Shown: positions 12,051-24,792 of the stretch, one piece after another
Layout of the letters: each line of letters starts with the position of its first letter
Numbering within the stretch: the stretch's first letter is position 1
From: Camelus ferus
Taxonomy: Eukaryota
Reading direction: 5' to 3'
NCBI RefSeq assembly: GCF_009834535.1
Contig: NC_045697.1
Location: forward strand, 69,070,001 to 69,134,000
DNA: 64,000 nucleotides
The notes under the pieces: model-generated
The model's database searches: none
What the model was told of the DNA's origin: nothing
The model's input: only the letters and a program-made list of their open reading frames with translations
Program-made: the position numbers and the translations under genes

Positions 12051-13525
12051 AGCCTGTTAAGGCTGTTTTGATGTAAACAGCAAGAGCATTCTTATATCAC
12101 AGAAAGGGAAGTAATGCAGAAGACTGAAGTGCCTTATTGTCTTGGGCAACAGAAAAGTCTAATAGCTTTGACCTTTGTAGTTAAATTGTATTTTCTTGTT
12201 TCACCAAACCTCTCTTAACTATGTTTCATTTTTGTTTTAGAAAATTTGCTCTCTGCTCAACAAATTACAAGGCCTATTCTGACTTGCGTGCTTGTAGTAC
12301 CAGTCACACAAGTGGAAACTGATCTGACTGTGAGAGGGGCCACGGATAAAGGGTGGGGAGCCCCTTTTCTCAACACTGGGTTCAAAGAGTAAAAGTTAAG
12401 AAGGGAAAGAAATTTCCACTTAGCTCTTCAGCATCTCCTTCTCAGGTTGTGTGGCTGACTGCGCCCTTCCCCCGGAGGGTTGCAGTTGCTGCTACCTCGG
12501 GAGAGCGACCTGACTCCTTACCGCAAACACGGGTCAGGGCCCGAGCAGGGTGCAGAGAAACGGAAGGCTGCCCCGGCCTCCCCCAGGCCAGGGGACCCAG
12601 GACCAGCCTTCGCCTCGCGCGCATGCCCAGTGGGGACGGCGCCCTCGAAAGGGAGCGCGAACCTCACGTTTTCCCCGAGGCCGGGGAGGTGCGGGGAGCC
12701 GGCGGCGGCCCGGCAGACCGAGGGAACTCCCGCCGGTCGACCCGGCGGGGCCGCAGCCAACTCGGCGCTTTTATTTTCCTGCCTTGGCAACCTTGCTCGT
12801 GCCGCGTTCTGAGGGAGTCGGGCAGAGCTGGGCACATCCCATAGGGTGGAGCCCGACGGCCAGGGCACCCTTGTTACAAGGCTTTTCAGGTGTCCTCAGG
12901 GGAAGGGAAGGCCGCGCTCCTCTAGGAAGGAGAACGACACTTTCTAAAGAAATCCTGGGGCGGTCACTCCTCTCGCTGCCCGGACCTCTCTTTTTAAACT
13001 GGCCACAGCCAGGACAGTCTTAACTGTCCCGCTGATATGCCTGCTAATACTAAGCGCCCTCCCAGCGGCCACCTCCCTGCTCTGTGCCCAGCGGGCCCAC
13101 AGGCTGCTCTGAATATGGGCGTCCTCAGGTATCTATCTCCAAGAGGCGCTGGCCTCAGCGCCAGTACGTCCCCTCCAGCTTCGTTTCAGGACATCCGCTT
13201 TGCTCCCCAATCACCCTCCCGGGTCAGAGGCCCAGCGTCTCCACCTTCGAGAAATTCCCGCCTGTGCACCCCGGCTGTCCCGTAATGGACATGGGTCCGC
13301 TTTCCGGGTGTGGGTTCCCGGGGTCAGGGAACGGAGCCGTACGGTTGTAGTTCGGGCTCAGCGTCCCAGAGCCCAGCCTGCTCAGGGGCCAATCTCCTCT
13401 CCTCAGGCGGCCGCCATCAAGCTCCTCCGCCGCAGCTGCAGCCGGTCCGCAAACACACGCCCACCCGCACGCTCAGATTCACTTGCCCCGGGGAAAGAGG
13501 GAAGCACTGAGCATGCTCGGTGCGA

Positions 13526-13670
13526 AGGGCGGGGCACTCCCGGAACGCGAGTCGGGGCGGGCGCTCCTCAGGCCGGCTCGCCGCCTCCGCCGCCCGCCCG
13601 CCCGCTCCGAGCCGCGCCCGCCGCAGGCTGCGCCCGCCCCGCCCTACCCCGCCCCGCCCCCCCCCGCCGC
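13526..13670. promoter_or_regulatory. Cluster of Sp/KLF GC boxes (TATA-less core promoter) with one ETS-like ccggaa
   Basis: gggcggggc (~13527), ggggcggg (~13554), several ccccgccc (13636-13665) and ccggaa (~13540) directly upstream of the CAG-containing 5'UTR. Confidence 0.65.
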
Positions 13671-13684
13671 GGCCGCGCCGCCTG

Positions 13685-13714
13685 CAGCAGAAGCAGCAGC
13701 AGCAGCAGCAGCAG
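13685..13714 (+). repeat. (CAG)2 AAG (CAG)7 trinucleotide repeat at the TSS/5'UTR
   Basis: Read directly: cagcagaagcagcagcagcagcagcagcag. Confidence 0.95.
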
Positions 13715-13858
13715 CTGCTCCTCCTCCCCGGCGGCCGCCCCCCGCGGGTCCCTCCTTGGCTGCGGGAGAGACAGAGGTAGAGGGAGGACATAGCGCCGCG
13801 CCGCCCGCACCGGAGACCTTCGCCTCGCCCTGCCGGCTTCTCACCCTCTGGAGGGAAC

Positions 13859-13862
13859 ATGG
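13859..13862 (+). CDS. RAP1GDS1: RAP1GDS1 coding exon 1 (ATG+G only), at the end of a GC-rich 5'UTR exon
   Basis: gggaacATGG|gtaagt: strong Kozak context (A-3, G+4), perfect intronic donor at 13863 and an in-frame upstream TAG at 13778-13780. It lies in the CpG island and splices in phase 1 to 40111 to give MDNLSDTLKKL, the SmgGDS N-terminus. Confidence 0.93.
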
Positions 13863-16800
13863 GTAAGTCATCCTTCCTCCCCCGTCATCGCCTGACATGT
13901 TTCTCTTTCTCGGCGTGTTGCAGGGTGGGAAGCATTTCTCGCGCAAAGTTGCCGGATTTCTCAAACCCACGGGTGTGAGGCTGTGGCTGTTCCTCCGGGG
14001 AGAGTCGGCGCACGCGGAACGCACGCCGCGTCCGCGGGCTGGGAGGGTCCCGAGCGCGGGTGGGGTCGTGCCGGCGGCGGGGCCGGACCGCCGCCCGGCT
14101 CTCGGGCACCTCGCAGCCTCGCCTCCCCTCCTCCATTCTTCCTGCCCGAACCGGTGCGCGGGCACCACGGAGCCTGCCTCGCGGGCTCTCATCGCTGCCC
14201 CATCCCGCTTTCTTCGGAGGCCGCCCGCTTCCTTTCCCCTGCGGCTGCTGGGCTGGAGGCTCCGGTGGGACGCGAGAAAGACCACTTCACGTAACTTCCC
14301 TGTCTGGGCGACCTTTCCCCATCTTGGGGACTGCTCATCCCGGGGCGGGGAAGTGTGAGCAAGTAGTTTGTGGGGGTGATTTTACAACCTGCACGGAAAT
14401 TATTTTCGATGGGGGAGAGCGGACAGTCTCATAGGTTGAGAGGATGACTTGTCAGAGGCCACGAGGAACGTGAGGAGGGATGGATAGAGCCGCTAGCTGT
14501 TGAATTGGTGTTGGGTGACTACCGTGTGCAGTATTCCTGTGCTCAACCCATTTTCTTGGTTCCTTCGCCTGCCTTCTGTAGCAGGAAACGGCACCCTGTG
14601 TGTAATATGTTACCGAACTTACATGTTAGTTATTCTTCCCCAGCTTCCCTTGTCGAAATCTACAGAATCTTATTTTAGTTCTTTTGTGTTTATAGTTAAT
14701 CTTAAGAGTTTTGGGTGAAATATTTAAAAGCAAATATGTCTTATAAAACTATATGCAATTTATCCTGATTTTTTTTTTGTCGTAACATGTTCCTTAATTG
14801 TTAAGTTCAGTAATTACAAAAATTGTAATGTTATTAAAGGGCGAAAGCTTAAAAATAAAACAACCCAGTAGCAATGTGGAATACCATACTTCTTCATGTT
14901 CCCCAGTTAGCTTCGACTCCTGTCTGTTATAGTTTCCTCTTTTTAAAATTTGCTTAATTGGCAATCTGTGATCTCGGACTTTTCCCACCCCTTCCGTGCA
15001 AATTATTTTAAGCTTGAGATGAGTGTGGTCCTTTCATCTGTCAATACAGTGTTCAACACGTCCAGAGGTATGTCATGGCAACTCAGAATCTTCAAGGAAG
15101 TATCTAAATCTAGAAATGGTGTCGATGGAGCTTATTCGAAAAGCAAATGCTCCAAGCTCTGATTCAGACCTTTGGCCATATATCAGGAAGAGGTCATTGT
15201 TGCAAGAGGAGGTGGTATGAATGAAAAATGACTATAGGGCCCTGAATTTTATTTTTGGTTGTTCAGTTTTTTCCTTTTTAATGTACTATTGGTTCTGCTG
15301 GACAGTTTTCTGTGAAAAATTGGGTGGCCCATTTATATATACCTAGCCTTTCTCTAGGAGTAGAATTTTAAATAAATATAGTTCAGATTATTGGACACAT
15401 TGTCTTTCCCTTGAACATAACAAAAATTTTCTTCTTAATTATCGGCCATAAGTCTGGCTTGTAAAGTACATTTCCCCCATGTTTCAAGGTGAGCTAAAAA
15501 CTCCATTTAACTAAAATTTTAACTTACATATTGAATCAATACCTTCTCAGAAAAAACTCAATTCTGTTGCAATACTAGTGAAAAAATAAATTAAATACTT
15601 TACATAAAAATAATTAATCTTGAATGTTATTGCTTGATTTCACAGAGTCCAAATAGAAACACATCTCCCGTCTTCTCAAATACTCTGATTAAATCATACT
15701 CTCTCCTAATACTGTTTGAACCTTGTTGGAAGCTTTTTAGCTCTTACATAATCTGCTTTATAATGGAGTTGTTTATGTGTGTGTTGTGCATTTAATCATG
15801 AGTTTCAGAAGATGAAAATTATGTCTTATTAATTTTTGGGTCCCCCAACAATGCTTTCCATATAGTAGGTATTTAGTAAAGCTTTGGTGAATTAATTGAT
15901 GTGAAAACCCATCTATTTTCAACTTGTGAACCCGAAAGCATGGGCTTTGAACAAACATTTAGGTTGGTAGATATTATGGAGGTGATGGAGGTGTGGAGGA
16001 AGTGGGAATAGCGAAATATAATTATACTATGACTCCTCTTCTTTTAAAAAAAAGATTGTCTCACAGGTATGGGTTTTGGAGCAGCCACCACTACAAAGCT
16101 ATTTCCTTGTACACTGCTGTTTTCAATGGTAAGGTGATTTTATTTATGATCAGTAGGTACATACATTAACGTAAAATTGAAAGCAATTTTATATTCTAAG
16201 CCAAGGAAGTTATTATAACAATTCATATATACACAAGGAGTATACTGATTAATGGTAGAAAAAAAATCACTTTTTAATGTCTTTTCAAGAAATAAAGAAG
16301 GTGATTTTTAAAAAAGATATTCTCATGGCAGTGATTTTTCTCTATAAGAAAGTGAAGGAAACTTCCTATGTAATCTTACGGAACATGGCTATTATTTTAT
16401 GTATATATTTTATTGTAAATTCAATGTGTACTTAATATTTTTTGAATACCAACCATATGGAGTGTACTGTGGGAGGATAAAGATGAATAAGACATTCATA
16501 TTTCAAGTTGCTTATAATCTTAACAGGAATGATGTGATACATAGATAACTATACACAGATAACTATAATAGAAATAAAATATGAGTGATACAGAAGACCT
16601 TCACATATCTTTAAGATTCAAAGGTTGGAGAGAATGTTTTAGAAAAATAATGTTACTTAAACCAAAGGTTGATTAAGCTTCTGAAAGGTAGAAATAAATG
16701 GAGACTGTTAATCAGGATGGGGGTGGGGGGAGAGAAATTACTTAAATGAAGAAATGACATAAATGAAGATATAAAGATAGGAACATTCAAGCAGTTTCAG

Positions 16801-19677
16801 GACATGATTAAATAACCATATTTGGCTGGAGCAAAAGATAAGGAAATAGTGAGTGAGAGAGATGAAAAAGTATTAATAGGTAAAGAACAGATAATGGAGG
16901 GCCTTGAATACCAAGCTGAAGTTTTTGGACTTGATTTGTCTATTGAGGGACTATTAAACCTTTTTATGTACTTAAGTGATAGAACACATCTGTGGTTTAG
17001 GAAAGTAAATGTGTCAGTTGAGTGTAGGATGGATTGAATGAGAAACTAGAGAATATTTCAGAAGGTGGTTGTTGCCATTTGGGTGAAAATATATACTGTC
17101 CTGAACTAGGCTATGGCAGTGGGAGTAGAATATTGCAAACAAAGAACAGGATTTAAATTTGAAATTAAGAAAGGAGTCACACATTATTACCTAGAATGTG
17201 GGATCTGTTAAATAGATATTTAATCCATTGGAAGAGGAAACATGAGTAGTCAATGTTGAATCTGATGAGTTGGACCGTTTAAGCTTGCCTTTTAGATTCT
17301 CTGCTTTTTGATGACAGGGACTCTCATAATTAGGTTTTGAATACTTTTCTAACTCTAGTGTCTAGCATGTACGTAGGAGCTATGCAGTAAAAATGTGTTG
17401 ACTAACTGAAACTAGGTAAGAGATGCTTAACAGAAAGTTATTTTAACTCTCAAGAGAGGAATTGAGCTAGAGATCTGGACGTTATCCACTAATATCCTGA
17501 GATGATAGGAGGATGAGAGTCAACAAAGAAGAAGAAAATTTGTCACTGATTAAGAACCTTGAGGAATGCCCCATTGTTAGGGAAAAGGAATGAAATGAGC
17601 TGACATTGAAAAAGACAGTAGTAGTATTTAGGAGTGAAAGACTGGAATTGGCATGTGGTTTCTTTCAAGAGAGAATGGTCAATGTCTGTTGTTTTAAAAC
17701 AGTCAGAGTAATAAGGACTGAGAAAAGGCTCCAAGTTGATGTGGTTTGGTCAGGATATTACCTAGTGTATTTTCTAAAAAGCAGCTTTAAGAAGTATGAT
17801 AGATATGGAGGTCAGTGGTAAAGACTAAGTGGATAATGAGTAAGTGGAAACAGTTCGCTATGTGTAGTAGTACGATATCTCTTACAGATTTAAAGATCTG
17901 TAAGTAAGCATAGTTTTCTTTAAACAGTTTTTACATGTTGCACTTTACATGGAATGACATGTATTGGGCTTTTTTTTTTTTTTGCCTGAGAATAATTTGT
18001 AATTTCACCATAGTGCCTCACATTTCTTTGACATTCCACTCTTCATGTCTTTGTGACTTTATATAGTACACTTTTTATTTTTGCAGTATCTGTCATGCAC
18101 AGTGAGTTTAGAAATGGTTTTATAATTTCACATGACATTTTGCATAGAGGATATTCTACTGATGAATGGTTATTATCACTTTATTTACTATTAGTCTTTG
18201 TGAATTTGAAATTTCTCTAGTTATATGTATGCCTCTAATTATATGCTTAATTTCTGAAGTTTTTGTTTTTCTCTGTAAATATGTATTAGCCTTATAGATA
18301 AATCTTTTCCTTTTTGGCTTGTATTTCTAAGACCAGGGTTGGTTTCATAGATAAATAGTAAAAAATGGTACTTTTATTTGTTCTTTACAATTCAGGGTAG
18401 AGCAACAAAATACTTTTGTAAGCTGGTTATCACTAAAAGTTATTATTTTAAAAGAGCATAGATGATAAATTGACTAGTTCAATCATTTTTCTTATGTTGG
18501 CTTTATATCTATTTTGTATAATGCCCTTTTTGTTTTTCATATGAGAGAAGGGCTGGATTCACTATCCTTGGTAGAGTCATATTCTGAAGTCTCTAGTACT
18601 ACTATCTGGAAAGGTATAATAGCCTTAATTCATTTTGAGAACCATAGAGTCTTAACTTTCACAGTGGAATGTTGGAGCTTCTAGGTGCCTTTGGGGAAAT
18701 AGTGTGGTTGCTCTCTCCAGAGATTCTAGATCATCTGAATTTGAAATTGGTGATTTGGGAGATATTGATGTTACCAGCAATAGCCATGAAGAATTATGTA
18801 AATTTTTAATATTCATTCATGAACATCAAGGAGGAATGAACAAGGAAGATCCAGTCCTTTGGAAACTTCATGTTAATTTTAGATAACCAAATGTTTGGAT
18901 GACTGATAAGGAAAAAATTCAATTTAAAATGCTTTCCTAGACATTTAACTTGGCAAATAGCTCTTATGGAGAGAAGAGCAATAAAAATTAAGATAAAGGA
19001 ATAGGTTATAAAGTCTGTTTTGGTTCTAGAATTCTGATTCTTTGAAACTAAACTTTGAATTATATTCGGTATCATTGATGTCTTAAGTATGTTATAATCA
19101 TCCCTATATAACTTGTTTTTCTTTATTGTTCAAAGGGTATTGTCTGCTTGAGGTAGAAACTTCAGAATATGAACCAACTTGTTAGCTTTGTCTAAATAGA
19201 TGTCCCAAAATACCATCACCCATGCTGGCTAAGATATGGATGCTGGATTCAAATTGCAGAGTAATGTAATTCTCTCAGTACATCTATCTATACAACTTTT
19301 GTTGCTAGAAGCATTCCAGGAGTTAAAACTGAGAATTAGGATAGTGATAAATGGAAGTAGTTAAATAGAGCTGCTAACCATAGTTGGCTGTACTTATAAA
19401 CTCCAAAGTTCTTCTGACTTTTTGTTCATAAAATGAATTTTTTTTAATATGGGTTCTGTATCTGACCCTTTCTCTAAAGCCTGTTTTGCTCAGTTTTGTC
19501 CATTTTTATGGCTTCAAATACTATCTAAATGCTATTTAGGGTATTGGTGCCTAAAAGCATATACCTGGGCTCTATCTTTTTATCTAGTAGATTTTTAGAT
19601 ATCCCTACCTGCATAGTTAATTCAAACTCACTGAGTTCAAAACTGAATTCATTGTATAATTTTTAATAATGATAATG

Positions 19678-20024
19678 AGAGGTGTGCTGATTAATGTTTG
19701 GCCAGAAGCTCTTCTCCAAAAAGTTCTGATTTGTGGTGGTTGATTTCCTGTGAATGCATGGTTGTGAAGAAATGAGATGCAGCACACCATTATATAGTAT
19801 ACCCACCATATAGACATGATAACCTCATAAATACAGGTAATAATATCATTTAGTAATTAAGTAGTGATGAGTTTTGAATATTAATAGCTTTGTTTCAATA
19901 TAACTTACTTAAAATGTATGAAATTTAATTTTCAATAATGGCTGTTTTAATACCTGCCTCACAAAATTCCTAAAAATTTAATTATCATATCTCATGGGCC
20001 GGTGCAAAGGGGCTCCAGTACACC
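19678..20024. mobile_element. MER63-like hAT DNA transposon remnant
   Basis: Ends ggtgtgctg... / ...ctccagtacacc form imperfect inverted termini; internal acaaaattcctaaaaattta motif. Confidence 0.55.
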
Positions 20025-20231
20025 TATGAATTAATAATTGCCATTTATTACAATTTATTAAGAATTATTGATATCGGTTATTATGTTAAACTTTACTTTT
20101 TTCATGTTTTTAAAATTTTAGTGTTAATCTTTTTAACAGTTCTGTGAAGTGGGTGACACTCTCCTCATTTTACTGACTCATAGAATTAAATAATTTATCC
20201 AAGGAGACACAGCTAAAAATCTCCTGTTTTA

Positions 20232-20417
20232 GAGCACTGATTCTTACACTATATTTTGTATAAGAATCACTTGTAAATAGAACTTGTTTAAAAAAAAAAT
20301 TACCAGGCCCACCCTCAGAAATTCTGATTGAGTAGTTGTGGGGTGGGCCAAGAATTTGCCTTGCCAAGAATTTGCCTTGCCAAGACATTTCCAGTTGCTG
20401 CTGCACTTTGAATAGCA
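20232..20417. mobile_element. MER5-like MITE containing a 16-bp tandem duplication
   Basis: caggcccaccctcagaaattctgatt...ggggtgggcc motif; (gccaagaatttgcctt)x2 at 20347-20378. Confidence 0.6.
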
Positions 20418-20428
20418 TGAGTGTAGAG

Positions 20429-22730
20429 CAGAGGTCTGCAAACTCTTTACTTAAAGGGCCAGATGGTGAGTATTTTTGGCTTTGTAGGCCAAGAGGCAAA
20501 ATCAAAGATATGACATAGATAAGAGTGAAAATGTATATGATGAGAGAATACAAATATCCACAAAATTTTTATTGAGTAAATTCAAAATACAGCATTAATT
20601 GAACATGATTTGTTGTGATACAGGTCTCCTAATGAAAAGATTGTAATTCCTCTTTTGAGATAGTGGTTTCACTTAATTGGGATTCAGCATTAACCTATCA
20701 TCAGAATTGATTGCAGTTGTTCACCTGTTAATGCAGATCTGTAAAGTCATTTAATTGATTTTGTCTTTGAAACATGTGTTCACACAGATAGGTACTACCA
20801 AATGCTGCTCTCAAACCATGGGCATATGATTTTAATGAACATATTAATTATATGGAAGGCATTTATAGAATTATTTTAGATTCTTCTCTTGATATTTGCC
20901 ATTTAGCTTGCTGTTTACACTGCAGATTAACCACTTCCAGTTGAAAGTTAGGTGGAAGCTCCTCAATTGCATAGTTAAATGGATCTGATATATGGAAGTT
21001 TCTTTTGCACTTGCAGTGAGGTCTGAAAAATACTGCTGGAACTATAGTTTGAGTTTGCACAATATGTCTGTTGCAAATTTGTATATGCATAGAGAGCTGC
21101 TTCTTTTAACCTTTGATACGACAAGAAGTGTATAAAGCAGATTGATGGTTACTTGTGATTTGAACACTGTTGTCAAAATGACTTAACATAGTATGTTTCA
21201 CATATAAGCACCATTTGGCCTTGATTTTCAGGTCAAATTCAAGGAAACATTATCAAATCTGTGGCAAAATACAATTTCCAAAGGCATTCATTGTTTGATA
21301 ATAATGGTTGAAGGCATTTCTTTTTGTTCAGAAATTTCTATCTCACCCCTGAGCTCAAAAAAGTTACAATAAAACTACTAAGCCCTTAAACTGTTGTGTG
21401 ATAAGGCAAGTTAGGATATTCAGCTTCTATTTCTTATGAAGATACAAAAACTGACAGTGATTAAATCTGTGAGAGTGAATGAAGTTGATACTGTTGGTTT
21501 AATACCACATCATAGTTTGAAATATTTCCCCCCCAGAATACCTGCTGATGAGTAATATAATGAGAAACATAGACTTTAAACAATTTATTTTCACAAACTT
21601 TGTAACTTTATTCAATTAAGCCCTTTTCTATTCCTCACATATCTCTACCACCATCAGTTGTAATACATCTTAGTAGATTCCACTTCAGGTTGTACTGAAT
21701 TAATATTTTCTCAAGTTTAATAATATTTTTGCATATTCTATACAGTCTTCATCAAGGCTAATTCTTCAGTCACTTCATGCTTGGCAATGACTTCTTGAAA
21801 ATAATAGCACTATGCAATATCACAAATATCTGTCAATTTGTCAAGAACCAAGGAAAACCTTTCAAAATTATTTGCCTTATCTTTTTAATTGGATATTTAT
21901 ATTGCTTGTAGTGCCTTTGACTGTTCACGTAGCTAGTCTCACTGAAAGGCTCTTCTTAAAACAAGTTTTTCCCCCTCTTGAAATATTTCTTGGTTGCTGT
22001 AGTCAAAATACAGTTTAATTAGCTCACCAGGAGTAAACAGCTTTCCTTGCTTGACTAACAAGTGAGCCACTCAGAGACTTACTTTGTTTGCAACTTCATT
22101 TTCACTTTTTATTTTTGTGAAGAAATTCTACTATGATGATGTACTTTGTTTTTTATTTTCTGATTCCTCTGACAATTACTATCCTATGAATTGTGAATAT
22201 GATGAATACTTAGTCTGGTAATATAGGTGTGTGTTATTTTTCTAGTATAGCTAAAGTGTCCCTGCACAATATAATGGTTTGCCATCTAATTCAGTAACAA
22301 AATAATACATATGCCACTTTAAACCTTAAAAGCATGACATTTGAGGTGTACTTTTCTCTTTTTTGTTTCAATGTAATGGTCAAAAAATGTTGTGGTATGA
22401 CAATACACATGGTACTTGAAACACTGGACAGTCATAACTGTGTCACTGCAATTTGTAGTGCATCATGCAGCAGTGTGAAGTGATGAGAGTAGCACTTATG
22501 GTTGTTGTCTCAACTACTCAACTCTGTTGTAGTAAAGTGAATATAGATATAGACAATAAAGAAATTGTGTCCCAATAAAACTTCATTTATAAACACTGAA
22601 ATTTGAATCTCATATAATTGAATATCATGAAATATATTCTTCTGATTTTATTCAACCATTTACAGATGTAGAACCATTTTACTTGTGGACTGTATAAAAA
22701 CAAGTAATGGGCTCTATTCTCTGACTCCTG
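20429..22730 (-). mobile_element. Near full-length hAT-Charlie DNA transposon (Cheshire-like, MER58-type ends) with decayed transposase on the minus strand
   Basis: TIR-like ends cagaggtc.../...gactcctg and 8-bp TSD gtgtagag/ctatagag. Minus-strand peptides DPFNYAIEELPPNFQLEVVNLQC (ORF 20863..21090) and AFGSTYLCEHMF (~20768-20805, hAT dimerisation motif). Confidence 0.8.
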
Positions 22731-24625
22731 CTATAGAGTAATGCTTTACTACATCACCTTTTCTTAAGACTTTTTCTCCCTGTGAATTCCGTAGCTCACT
22801 GCATGGTATCACCATCCATCTAGTCAGCATTCCTAAAATCTAGAGTTATTCTACTTCCAAAACCCATTGGGTTCCGTAATTTCAAACAATTCTACCTCCT
22901 GGAATCAGTCCTGTCTGCCTTTCTCCACTGTAAACATGTCGGTTCACCTCTTGAGACCGCTCTGTAGCAGAGGCTCTTTCAGCAGTCCACCTGTTATGTT
23001 CTCCCATGCTTCTGGAGTACTCTTTCTAAAATGTGAATCTACCCAATTCACTCCTTAGATATTTTTTCAGTAGCTTTCCAATGTGTAAACCAGGGTTTCT
23101 AAATGTAAATGAAACTATATGATTAAAAAGGGTTAAATGGTGATATTTTCACATAGATGCACTTGTTTTGCATATTAAATCAAAGGAATATTTTATTTCT
23201 ATAAAAATGTATACTTTCGCTCATTCTTCTTGAAAAGAAAATCTTTCTTTTTGTCTTTCATTACCTGTGATAAAAGACAAAGTTTAGAAAAATGTTTCTC
23301 TACCATAGTAAAAACAACAATGAGAGCATGGTGAATGGCAGCTAACTTTGGGCCTCACTGTAGGGCTACAACAGGAAATGGTGGGTCTATGTGCCCAACG
23401 TAAAAGGAGACTTCCTTACTCAACTGCAGCCGGCTTTGCCATGTTACGAATAATGGCCAAAGGAAGCCAAATTTTCAGACCTTTCAAAAGAAACCAGAAA
23501 CCATTTTTATCTGAATACTTCAGATTGTTGGTTTTTGGAATTGTAAGATCCAGGACCTCAAACAGTGACATCATGGTTCTCTTTCTTTCTGTCCAGATTA
23601 TGGAACTGAAGCTCAGGGAAGTTAAGAGATATATCCCATTTCACACATTTAGTTAAGGGCAGTGTCAGATCTAGAATCTTCATTTCTTAACTCCTATACT
23701 AGTATTCTGTTCATTATGCTAAGGTAGCTCCAGTTTATTAATGAAAAAAAAAAAAAAAAAAGAAAAAGCACATGTGGAGACACCCACATACACATGAACA
23801 AGTTAATAACAAAGATTCATTCAAGTAAGTAGGTTAGTGGAAAACTCCCCTATTTCTACTGCTGGAGTCCAGGCCCTCATCTCTTTCCTGTACTCCTGAG
23901 ACCATTTCTTGGTAGGCCTTTCCAATATTCAACTCTGCTTTCCAATCCTTTCTACATACTATGAGCAGATTAATCTTTTTTAAGACACTGCATCGATCAT
24001 ACCACTTTCCTACTGAAGAATCAAATATTGTTTCAATGGCCTATCACATCAATTCTAAACTATGCTCAGCTTTCAGGATCCATAGAAATCTGCTACCTCT
24101 CTTGTATTTCTCACTACTCTCTGAAATGCATCTTTCTTTGATCATCTCACTGTCCCCTAAATAGTCTTCATCAGTGGTACCACCAAGACACCATTTTTCA
24201 TGTTATTCCTCCTACTAGAATAACTTTTCTCTCTTTATACATTCTCCTGAGTCTAGCCCATGAAGACAACTTCTGACCTCTCATATCGACCTCTATTTCT
24301 CTGGACACTTCTTACTTCTTGGACTCCTTTAACACATTCAATAATATAATTTTAGTTGTTCAACATTTCATATTTCAATTGGCATTCAGTAAATACTTGT
24401 TTGTTTATATTATAGAGTCACTACAGATTCAAGTCCATCTTCAACGTTTAATTTAACATTATTACCCTTTAGTGATGACAGGCATGTTTATAATAGAGCT
24501 TGCAAAACCAGCAGTCCGTAGGCCAAATATACTCTGCAGATGGATTTTTTTAGTAAAGTTTTAGAATTTGGAATTAGTTGTCAACATTTAAATAATCAGG
24601 AAATTGCTGATAAAAATCCGCTTGA

Positions 24626-24792
24626 CTCTTTTTTTTTCTATTTCAAAAAATTTTTTTATTTTTAAACTTTTTTATTGAGTTATAGTCATTTTACAATGTT
24701 GTGTCAAATTCCAGTGTAGAGCAGTTTTTCAGTTTTATATGAACATACATATATTCATTGTCACATTCTTTTTTTTCGCTGTGAGCTACCAT
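24626..24792 (-). mobile_element. Short young L1 3'-end fragment inside an older MER58-like DNA element (~24497-24985)
   Basis: ttttttattgagttatagtcattttacaatgttgtgtcaaattccagtgtagagc, preceded by a T-rich tail. Confidence 0.65.

Larger units (their letters stand above)
12470..14400. promoter_or_regulatory. CpG island / RAP1GDS1 promoter and first exon
   Basis: Abrupt GC-rich, CpG-dense segment in an otherwise AT-rich, CpG-depleted window, spanning the start exon. Confidence 0.93.

Noticed and set aside
13052..13150. CTCF-like motifs in the promoter
   Set aside because: The matches need a gap or several core mismatches and cannot be supported by eye.
12353..14434. Many long overlapping ORFs (up to 213 aa) on both strands, some with polyQ/polyA/polyC runs
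   Set aside because: Expected from stop-codon scarcity in a CpG island and from the CAG repeat. They are low-complexity and show no recognisable homology; only ATGG at 13859 is supported by splicing into RAP1GDS1.
17881..17904. 9-bp inverted repeat cttacagat-N6-atctgtaag
   Set aside because: A single short AT-rich stem is expected by chance in 64 kb and has no supporting context.
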